From Phyllobates terribilis (lineage: Eukaryota): 64,000 nucleotides of DNA. The position numbers were made by a program, and so were the translations under genes. Positions 54,944 to 64,000 of this stretch are shown piece by piece; positions within the stretch are counted from its first letter, which is position 1, and each line of letters starts with the position of its first letter. The notes under the pieces were generated by a model, which did not search any database, was not told the DNA's origin, and saw only the letters and a list, made by a program, of their open reading frames with translations. The DNA lies in the NCBI RefSeq assembly GCF_046119375.1, contig NW_027362773.1:111228001-111292000 (forward strand), read 5' to 3'.

Positions 54944-55058
54944 ACTTTTCTTGTAAGGAGATCAAACACTCGGCAGCAGCTGGTCCTGTGTGTGCGGTTA
55001 TCAGACGATTGCGGGCCAAGCTTCATTCATCAGTCGTATATACATGAAGGACCCTCGG
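54944..55058 (+). CDS. RIN1: RIN1 coding exon 3 (SH2 domain)
   Basis: TFLVRRSNTRQQLVLCVRLSDDCGPSFIHQSYIHEGPS vs recalled human TFLVRKSNTRQCQALCMRLPEASGPSFVSSHYILESP; phase 0 in, phase 1 out. Confidence 0.92.
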
Positions 55059-55544
55059 GTAAGCTAACAAGCAGATTTAAAAAAAATATTGGGGTGCGCC
55101 CAAAAATCTTAGCTGCAACTCCTTATCAGGGCTGGTCTTAGACAAAGTGGGGCCTTAGACAAAAGTTTAAAGTGGGGCGCTAAATGCTCACATATGGCAC
55201 CATCACACTCAAGCATTTCGGTTGCATTTACATGCGCTGAGTTCAACGAGCACGATCGACAATACTGAAGTTGTTCGGCACTTGTGTACCAGCCTCTATA
55301 CAGTCTAACGAAGAATGATGGGCACAGAATGATCACTAATAGATCAATCTGTCCCCATATTGTATCATGTTATCGGCAGCACATCTGCAGATTACACCGC
55401 GCGATGTGCTGCTGAGGACAATGATTCTTGTTCCGCCATAAACAGTCCAATCATCTGATGAATAGGCAGCATTTTGCTCTTTCGTCGGGCGATTGCTGAG
55501 ATGTTTACAAATATGAACTCTTATCTGCGCTGCCCAGATTTATA

Positions 55545-55790
55545 AATGTGGATGCTACATACACATACATATGTATACACACACATGGCACACAAGCATG
55601 TATACACACACATAGCACACAAGCATGTATACACAGAGCATATACACACACATATATGTATGTATTCACAGAGCACATACACACATGTATACAGAGCACA
55701 TACATATACATATGTCTTCACATATATATACCACCAAGAGTCAATACATTCTAGACTAAACCACATATCAGACAGACACACACACATGTC
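55545..55790. repeat. Degenerate (CA/TA) simple repeat
   Basis: Alternating purine-pyrimidine tract. Confidence 0.85.
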
Positions 55791-56849
55791 CATTCACATC
55801 ATTGAGCTGTCTGTGTCATACAGGACGGGTCCTCCAGATAGAGACGCTCTTTGTAACCACTTATACTCTGACCAAGAGATGAGGATTCTGAACATGGGAG
55901 TTAAAGGTGTTGTCCGGTCTAAATTGATAAGTCTGCAGTCACTCTGTGTGACTGCAGACTTATGAATCCCCCCAGCGAACGAACTGAGCGGTGCGATGAT
56001 TCACCGGTTTTTTAGCCAGGAACGGTGGTGATTTATGCGTTATACATAATCCCAGACAGAACCCATCTAGTGGGAGCGACCTTGCTACATACACTTGTGT
56101 AGAGCGAGGCCACACCCCGTCACTAGCCATCCAGTTGGCGTGGCTATCTAGTGGCTCCTCCAGTTTGCCCCCCCCCCCCTCCGCCGGCCCTGCTTCTTAT
56201 CCAGTGTTCGGTAAGTGTGGAAGACTAATATGCCAAATGTTGCACATTGATGATGAAATGTTGCATGAATTGCAATTTATCTGAAGTTTTTGCGCAAAAT
56301 GTAAGCTTTTAAATATGTCTATTAGTACAACCCCTAATGTTAGAAAAGAGTGGGAGACCAAAGTGTGAAATGTTGCATGTTAATATACAATTTTGAGCAA
56401 ATTGTGACTTTTTACGCTTATTTAAAACGGTTGCATGTATTTGATCCATGCCTCTTGGAATATGCAACTTTTTTGTGTCTTTTTTGTAGAAATGTAATCA
56501 TATGTCGTACTTCACTCCAAAACGTAAAACGTACTCCCTTTTCTCACCATTATTAAGTTTTGCTTCTTAAAAAATGGTGTCATAAATGGAGTTAAACAGT
56601 GATAAATTTGGCTCAGGCATTTATGACAATGAAGCTTATCCTTATAAATAAACACAACCCAGTCCATATTTCATAATAGGATTTCTCTCTAGCAATAAAA
56701 CTCTTCTATAATAAGGTAATCTATGGAGTGGTATAAAAAACAGGAGGACAGTGCAGGTCCACAGCAAGCTTTGTATACAACACAGATCTTAATCAATGGT
56801 ACTGAGCACTAAAAACAGTATGAACAAAAAATATGCACCCTGACTTTGG

Positions 56850-57410
56850 TAGGCCACAAGGTGGTGCTATTACTTACGCATATATATTGGCAGGCCACAA
56901 GGTGGTGCTATTACTCTCGTATATATATTGGCAGGCCACAAGGTGGTGCTATTGCTCTCGTACATATATTGGCTGGCTACAAGGTGGTGCTATTACTCTC
57001 GTATATATATTGGCAGGCCACAAGGTGGTGCTATTACTCTCGTATATATATTGGCAGGCCACAAGGTGGTGCTATTACTCTCGTATATATATTGGCAGGC
57101 CACAAGGTGGTGCTATTACTCTCATATATATATATTGGCAGGCCACAAGGTGGTGCTATTACTCTCGTATATATATTGGCAGGCCACAAGGTGGTGCTAT
57201 TACCCTCGTATATATATTATATTGGCTGGCCACAAGGTGGTGCTATTGCTCTCGTACATATATTGGCTGGCTACAAGGTGGTGCTATTACTCTCGTATAC
57301 ATATTGGCAGGCCACAAGGTGGTGCTATTACTCTCGTATATATATTGGCAGGCCACAAGGTGGTGCTATTACTCTCGTATATATATATTGGCAGGCCACA
57401 AGATGGTGAT
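56850..57410. repeat. ~41-bp minisatellite, about 14 copies
   Basis: Unit ATATTGGCAGGCCACAAGGTGGTGCTATTACTCTCGTAT(AT)n. Confidence 0.95.
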
Positions 57411-57673
57411 ATTGGACATTCCCAGTCCTAGTCCTTTCTTTTGTGACACCGCTATCATGTGTCATAAGCAATAATCACAGCCTAAGAAAACAGCATTTTT
57501 CACAATATAAAAAAATAATTAAAATATATGTGTATAAATGTATATACTCAAACACTGTATGTTATTTTTTATTTCTTTCATGAAACAATTATTCGATCTC
57601 ACAGCAATAATGACGGCTTGAAAAAAATGCATTTTGCAGAATATAGAAAAATGAATATTAATAATATAATATA

Positions 57674-57968
57674 ATAATTCCCCTGCTCCTATGTATGCTG
57701 TCATGTAATGCTCTGCTGACCCATCTCTCTGGTACATGCTCTGCATAATTCCCCTGCTCCTATGTATGCTGTCATGTAATGCTCTGCTGACCCATCTCTC
57801 TGGTACATGCTCTGCATAATTCCCCTGCTCCTATGTATGCTGTCATGTAATGCTCTGCTGACCCATCTCTCTGGTACATGCTCTGCATAATTCCCCTGCT
57901 CCTATGTATGCTGTCATGTAATGCTCTGCTGACCCATCTCTCTGGTACATGCTCTGCATAATTCCCCT
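57674..57968. repeat. 71-bp tandem repeat, 4 identical copies plus a partial copy
   Basis: Units start at 57674, 57745, 57816, 57887 and 57958. Confidence 0.97.
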
Positions 57969-58182
57969 ACTTCATCTGTCCCACTCCAATCAATATTCAC
58001 ATATGTTTGTCCCTTCCCCACTATATACCTTATCTAATTTTTAGAGGTGCTAAACTGCAGAGACTAGAGTCCTGGCTCTGTCTTTGATCACCCAGCCATC
58101 TCCTGTTGAAATGACCAGCTGTTAATTTATCCACAAGCCGTTCCCACAATGCCCTTCACCTGATATAGTTTAATGTGGCCTA

Positions 58183-59435
58183 TATGACGCGCCCCCTGGG
58201 CCAGTGTTGTTAGGGATACCCGGAGCCGGATCAGATGGGGGTTGTAGTCTCCGAGTGGCTGTGACCCGGTCCGTGCCCAGGGTGTCAAGCTCAGTGTGTG
58301 GCAGTCCTTACTGATGTTACTAAAGTTCTTTATGTCGACTACGCCACCCGTTGAATTGCGGTCACTACGGCCGCCGCTGCAACAGGGTCCACTGAGGCTG
58401 ATGATGTGATTGCAGCTTAGGTGGTATAACCCCCAACGGGAGGGGTATAGCCTCAGGGGGTCAGGTGCAGAGGATGGTGGTTGTGGAAGTGCAGGGAAGA
58501 TGGTAATGAGAGTCAGAGTCGGGTTGTGCAGTTCAGGGTTCTTTACTTACTGCTGTTCTTGTACCGGTCACTCCGGCCTTGAGTGACCACCCGAGCCGTG
58601 CTGCGTCCACCAGGTCCTGGACTCGGCCAACCCCCAAGTAGTTCTGGAGCGTGGTTCTGAGCTCCCTTTCTGTCCTGTCCTCGTCTCTGGCCTTCCCCAC
58701 CAGGGATCCACCTATGTCCGGCTCCCTCGGGCCTCTTGTTGGGTAAACCCTTGCCTCTGGGTTCCCTGACCCTATGCGTGGTCTGCCTTCCGGGTGGATT
58801 TGGTGGGTGGCCGTGGCAGATGCTGCCCACGGCCTCCGGTCTCTGGCTGAGGTATGCTGTAGCCCCCACCAGTTTGGGATCCGGTACCCTGTTGCCAACT
58901 CTTCACCCTGTGGTTGTATTTGGGCTCTCAGAGTTCCTTCTTTCTCCCCCTCTGGGTCTTTCGTTCTCTCCTCTCTCACTCTGGGCCTGGGGCTGCTCTG
59001 CTCCTCTGCTTTCTTCCACTGCTCTGCAAAGTCTTCACTACAACAGGCTGACTGGCTGCTGTCTGCCTGTCTGACCGACTTCTCACAGACTGACCCTGAT
59101 CTTAGATGGTGCCCACCTTAAATACTCCCTCTATGTGTGAGCTCAGGTGACCAGCACCCAATGAGCTCCTAACTTTACCCAGGCTGCTCCCCCTATCTGC
59201 CCCTACACTACTGGGATGTACCACCCCCCTCCCACTCCAGCCAAGGACAGACTCGGTCGTACCTGCACATTATTAAGTGGGAGTACCATTGGTCTGTCCT
59301 CCGGAAATGGGATGTGTGTAGTGCATGCAGCTTTCTGAGCTCAGCTCCACACTCCATCCTTACCCGGGAGTGGAATACCACACCTCTGGCTGAGGTGCAA
59401 TACCCCTGTAGCAGCCGAATCCTCAGGGTGCTACA
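58183..59435. mobile_element. Probable solo LTR (Gypsy-like)
   Basis: Begins TATGACGCGCCCCCTGG, ends CAGGGTGCTACA; TATA on both flanks; ~1.25 kb, GC-rich, no credible ORF. Confidence 0.55.
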
Positions 59436-59439
59436 TATA

Positions 59440-62400
59440 TATTTAGTCTCTCTGTAAGGGGTGCATGCGTCTTCTTGTGCAAAGTGGCTTCGGAGAGAAG
59501 TGGCAGTTATTTCAGAGGCAGTTAGTCAGGGCAGGAGTCAGGTAACAAACACTTTGACCACTCACTCTCTTTTAACTATGTTTCTGTTAGCTCTCACTTT
59601 TTCCTCTATAGTCCTCCACTTTCTAATAACCCCTCAAATCCCTACACCAAGTAAGAAACTCTTCATCTCTCCCTCTATCCTCCCCATTCATCTCACCTCC
59701 TCCTCCAAATTATTCCTCAACATTCAATCCTGGATCTCCAAACACAGACAGCCACCTCATGCTCTCTCCTGTTCCCACCTGCTAACACTTTCTCTGCTCC
59801 TCCTCACTGCTGGAGATATCTCTCCAAATCCTGGTCCTCCTCACCATATCCCCACAGTCACTTCTACCTCCTATCCACGACCTTCCTCAAACTGTCGCAA
59901 CCCTTCTAACCTCATACCCATCCAACTAATACCCACCTCCTCAGCTATACTAACAGGAGCTCTATGGAACGCTCGCTCTGTCTGCAACAAACTTTCCTTC
60001 ATCCACGATCTTTTCATTACAAACAAACTCTCCTTCCTCGCCATCACCGAAACCTGGCTCACCCCCTCTGACACAGCCTCCCCAGCTGCCCTTTCATATA
60101 GCGGATTCCACCTTTCCCACACCCCCCGCCCCAATGGCAAACATGGTGGAGGCGTAGGTTTCCTCCTATCAGAACTCTGCGCTTTCACCCAAATCCCACT
60201 GCCACCTTCCGTTACACTCCCCTCTTTTGAGGTGCACTGTGTGCGCATCTATTCCCCCTCCAACCTCCAACTGGCCGTCATTTACCGACCACCAGGGCAA
60301 GCCACCATCTTCTTAGACCATTTCACTACCTGGCTGCTTCACTTCCTTTCCACTGACATCCCCACTATCATAATGGGTGACTTCAACATCCCCATTGACA
60401 CTCCCCACTCGTCTGTCTCTAAGCTCCTATCCCTCACTTCCTCCTTTGGACTCACTCAATGGTCTTCCACACCCACCCACAAAGATGGCCACACACTGGA
60501 CCTCATCTTCACCCGCCTATGTTCCCTATCTAACCTCTCTAACTCACCACTCCCTCTCTCTGACCATAACCTCCTCACATTCTCTACCCTCTCCTCTCCG
60601 GGTGCACAATCCCCACTCCACAAACTCACACACCCTCGCAGAAATCTCAAACACCTTGACCTACACTCTCTCTCTGAATCCCTCCTTCCTCTAACAGACA
60701 TAAATTCCTTACACGATGCAGACGTTGCTGCTGCTTCATATAACACCACAATAGCTTCAGCTCTAGACTCAATCGCCCCTCTCACACACACCACACCTTG
60801 CACATTCAACAGGCAACCCTGGCACACTAAACTTACCAAAGAACTGCGCCGGGCCTCCAGGGTTGCGGAGCGGAGATGGAAAAGGTCTCACTCCATCGAG
60901 CACTTCATCGCATTCAAGCAATCCCTCACTAATTTCAAGTCCGCACTCACTACAGCAAAACAAACCTACTTCTCATCTCTCATATCCTCCCTATGTCACA
61001 ACCCTAAACAGTTATTTAACACTTTCAACTCTCTCCTTCGTCCCCCAGCACCTCCTCCCTCTTCTCTCATCTCAGCCGACGACTTTGCCTCGTTCTTCAA
61101 ACAGAAGATTGACACCATCAGACAAAACTTTGGCCTAAAGTCCACACAACCCCTCCTCATATCTACTCAACCCTCCTCCTCCAAACCCCACTTCTCCACC
61201 ATTACAGAAGGTCAAGTCTCCTCTTTACTCTCCAAATCACACCTCACCACCTGCGAACTTGACCCAATCCCATCCCACCTCATCACTAACCTCACCACAG
61301 TCTTCATCCCAACCCTAACCCACCTCTTCAATCTATCACTAACAACCGGAGTCTTCCCCTCATGTTTCAAACATGCCGCAATCACACCCATCCTCAAAAA
61401 GCCCTCCCTTGACCCTTCCTCTCTGACTAGCTACCGCCCCATATCACTCCTCCCCTTTGCCTCAAAACTTCTAGAACAACATGTCCACCTTGAACTGTCC
61501 TCCCACCTCTCCTCCTGCTCCCTCTTTGACCGTCTACAATCTGGCTTCCGACCGCATCACTCGACTGAAACTGCCCTGACCAAAGTCACCAACGACCTAC
61601 TAAATGCCAAATCCAAGCAACACTACTCCATCCTCCTCCTTCTGGACCTGTCATCTGCCTTTGACACAGTGGACCATTCCCTCTTACTCCAGATTCTCTC
61701 ATCTCTTGGCATCACGGACTTGGCTCTATCTTGGATCTCCTCATACTTAACAGACAGGACATTCAGCGTCTTCCACTCACGCACCACCTCCTCATCTCGC
61801 CCCCTATCTGTCGGTGTCCCCCAAGGTTCAGTTCTAGGACCTCTGCTCTTCTCCATCTACACCTTCGGCCTGGGACAGCTCATAGAGTCTCACGGCTTTC
61901 AGTATCACCTCTATGCCCGCGACACACAGATCTACCTCTCTGGACCCGATATCTCCTCCCTACTAACCAGAATCCCACAATGTCTGTCCGCCATCTCATC
62001 CTTCTTCTCCGACAGATTTCTAAAACTCAACATGGATAAAACTGAGTTCATCATCTTTCCACCCTCTCATTCACATCCCCCATCCGACCTATCCATCAAC
62101 GTCAATGGCTGTTCACTCTCCCCAGTCCCACAAGCTCGCTGCCTTGGGGTAACCCTGGATTCTGATCTCTCCTTCAAGCCACATATCCAAGCCCTTTCCA
62201 CCTCCTGCCGACTCCAACTCAAAAACATCTCCCGGATCCGTGCATTCCTCAGCAAAGACTCTGCAAAAACACTAGTGCATGCCCTCATCATATCCCGCCT
62301 CGACTACTGCAACCTCCTGCTCCGTGGCCTCCCTTCCAACACTCTTGCACCTCTCCAATCTATCCTAAACTCTGGTGCTCGACTAATCCACCTGTCCCCC

Positions 62401-62970
62401 CGCTATTCCCCGGCCTCTCCTCTCTGTCAATCCCTTCACTGGCTCCCCATTGCCCATAGAATTCAGTTCAAAACCCTAACCATGGCATACAAAGCCATCC
62501 ACAACCTGTCTCCCCCATACATCTGTGACCTAGTCTCCCGGTACTTACCTGCACGCAACCTCCGATCCTCACAAGATCTCCTTCTCTACTCCCCTCTTAT
62601 CTCCTCCTCCCACAATCGTATACAAGATTTCTCCCGTGCTTCCCCCCTACTCTGGAACTCTCTACCCCAACATATCAGACTCTCGCCGACCGTGGAAACC
62701 TTCAAAAGGAACCTGAAGACCCACCTTTTCCAACAAGCCTACAACCTGCAGTAAACACCACTGCACGACCAGCTCTACCCTCACCTACTGTATCCTCACC
62801 CATCCCTTGTAGACTGTGAGCCCTCGCGGGCAGGGTCCTCGCTCTTCCTGTACCAGTCGCTGACTCGTTTTGTTAAGATTATGTAAATGCTTTTGTTATG
62901 TATATCCCTATCACATGTAAAGCGCCATGGAATAAATGGCGCTATAATAATAAATAATAATAATAATAAA
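59440..62970 (+). mobile_element. Near full-length L2-clade LINE in RIN1 intron (sense orientation)
   Basis: Uninterrupted ORF, 3' hairpin AGCGCCATGGAATAAATGGCGCT and (TAA)n tail; 5' boundary approximate. Confidence 0.93.
59578..62754 (+). CDS. L2 ORF: hydrophobic leader, 2A-like motif, APE endonuclease, RT
   Basis: WNARS, ITETWL, IYRPP, MGDFN, LDL, SDH (APE); [37 protein letters not shown] and YARD in place of YADD (RT). Confidence 0.9.
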   Translation: MFLLALTFSSIVLHFLITPQIPTPSKKLFISPSILPIHLTSSSKLFLNIQSWISKHRQPPHALSCSHLLTLSLLLLTAGDISPNPGPPHHIPTVTSTSYPRPSSNCRNPSNLIPIQLIPTSSAILTGALWNARSVCNKLSFIHDLFITNKLSFLAITETWLTPSDTASPAALSYSGFHLSHTPRPNGKHGGGVGFLLSELCAFTQIPLPPSVTLPSFEVHCVRIYSPSNLQLAVIYRPPGQATIFLDHFTTWLLHFLSTDIPTIIMGDFNIPIDTPHSSVSKLLSLTSSFGLTQWSSTPTHKDGHTLDLIFTRLCSLSNLSNSPLPLSDHNLLTFSTLSSPGAQSPLHKLTHPRRNLKHLDLHSLSESLLPLTDINSLHDADVAAASYNTTIASALDSIAPLTHTTPCTFNRQPWHTKLTKELRRASRVAERRWKRSHSIEHFIAFKQSLTNFKSALTTAKQTYFSSLISSLCHNPKQLFNTFNSLLRPPAPPPSSLISADDFASFFKQKIDTIRQNFGLKSTQPLLISTQPSSSKPHFSTITEGQVSSLLSKSHLTTCELDPIPSHLITNLTTVFIPTLTHLFNLSLTTGVFPSCFKHAAITPILKKPSLDPSSLTSYRPISLLPFASKLLEQHVHLELSSHLSSCSLFDRLQSGFRPHHSTETALTKVTNDLLNAKSKQHYSILLLLDLSSAFDTVDHSLLLQILSSLGITDLALSWISSYLTDRTFSVFHSRTTSSSRPLSVGVPQGSVLGPLLFSIYTFGLGQLIESHGFQYHLYARDTQIYLSGPDISSLLTRIPQCLSAISSFFSDRFLKLNMDKTEFIIFPPSHSHPPSDLSINVNGCSLSPVPQARCLGVTLDSDLSFKPHIQALSTSCRLQLKNISRIRAFLSKDSAKTLVHALIISRLDYCNLLLRGLPSNTLAPLQSILNSGARLIHLSPRYSPASPLCQSLHWLPIAHRIQFKTLTMAYKAIHNLSPPYICDLVSRYLPARNLRSSQDLLLYSPLISSSHNRIQDFSRASPLLWNSLPQHIRLSPTVETFKRNLKTHLFQQAYNLQ

Positions 62971-63025
62971 AATAAAACTCTCTCTCTCTATATAAAGTTT
63001 TATTTATATTATTATCTTATTATTA

Positions 63026-63027
<2 letters not shown>

Positions 63028-63080
<53 letters not shown>
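63028..63080. repeat. (TA)n microsatellite
   Basis: Perfect TA run. Confidence 0.95.
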
Positions 63081-63084
<4 letters not shown>

Positions 63085-64000
63085 CATCTATATGTATATA
63101 TATAGATTTTTTTATGAATTAATTAATTTTGTAATTTATTTATTTATTTTCCATTACAGACTTAGATACAGATCTCACCAACCTCTGGTCACGTCTTCAT
63201 TGCTTAGTAAAAAATCTAAATACGAGCTTTTTATAATATTTTTTGTATTTGTTGCTATGGCTGCTGGGTACACCACCAAACGACCTCCTGGGGCCGCTAT
63301 TGGAGACCCATCATTATAGCCCCAGCCCCCCTGAGGAAGCCAGTCATGGCGAAACTTGTTGGGGTGGTTATGTGACTATTTTAGATAGCATTAGTGAAAT
63401 CTGTGTGTATTCTAGCGAACAGTTACTCTGATTAAGCCACTTCCAATCCATGAACTGCAGTCACCGTGGAGATAGCATAGCTTTAGCAATGTAAATCAGA
63501 TTGATCAGCGAATCATACAGATCAAAGAGATTATAATTGCTATAGAAATAACACAGACACACTGGTGTTATTTTAATCTGAATTACCACTTTTTTAAAAT
63601 AAACAATAAAAGTCATGTTTTAATGCAGCCCTTAATTAGAGCTTATTTACCCTCTGGATAATCTGCCCCATACATTGCTTATATCGGCAACCCCCAGAGC
63701 AGATTACAGCAGATTGATGGCGGACCCCCAACGATCTGATATTGGTGACCTATTGTACGGAGAGGTGATCAATTTGTACATTGCGGACGAACCCCTTTAA
63801 AACATATGGACATCATAGACAGGTTCCTCTGCCCCCCCCCCTTTATTAGCCAAAGTAGCGTAATATACAGGTAAAAATGCAATAGGTCATTTGAGTTTAG
63901 TGCCATTATATCCCTCCCTATCAGTGAGTGACTGTACTAACCCTACTACTTATCTAAGAAAGGAACTATATTCTATATACTCTGTACATCTGCGGCTTGT

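Noticed and set aside
56833-57474. Long repetitive ORFs here and at 12824..13321, 45500-46184, 55505-55965 and 4105-4996
   Set aside because: Translations of minisatellites or simple repeats, with no splice context or recognisable domain.
58533-59121. Overlapping ORFs within the LTR-like segment
   Set aside because: GC-rich sequence open by chance; no gag, pol or env motifs.
55059-64000. RIN1 exon 4 (rest of the SH2 domain)
   Set aside because: No candidate with matching phase and sequence was recognised; probably beyond the window end.

Overview
Vertebrate genomic DNA, almost certainly from a frog, judged by its repeat families and gene sequences. Four co-oriented plus-strand genes match the order of the human 11q13 cluster: the last coding exon of SLC29A2 (7556-7667), B4GAT1 (two coding exons), BRMS1 (ten coding exons, 315 aa, with a BRMS1L-like C-terminal domain that human BRMS1 lacks) and the first three coding exons of RIN1. 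The rest is dense in transposable elements. These include a structurally complete DIRS1-type tyrosine-recombinase retrotransposon inside a BRMS1 intron, a near full-length L2 LINE with a 2A-like peptide, several decayed Tc1 elements, a Helitron nested in a Tc1, TTAA/T2 and hAT MITEs, a probable solo LTR, minisatellites and three assembly gaps. The most notable observations are: (1) an apparent intron in DIRS gag whose strong acceptor is in phase with the upstream BRMS1 donor, predicting a BRMS1-Gag fusion; (2) a single extra base that swaps the overlapping DIRS Pol and YR frames; (3) a 2A-like StopGo motif after a hydrophobic leader in L2; (4) a 41-bp microinversion across a Tc1 end; (5) a 213-bp DIRS mini-element made only of termini. 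All family and gene assignments come from recalled protein and motif knowledge, not from database searches.
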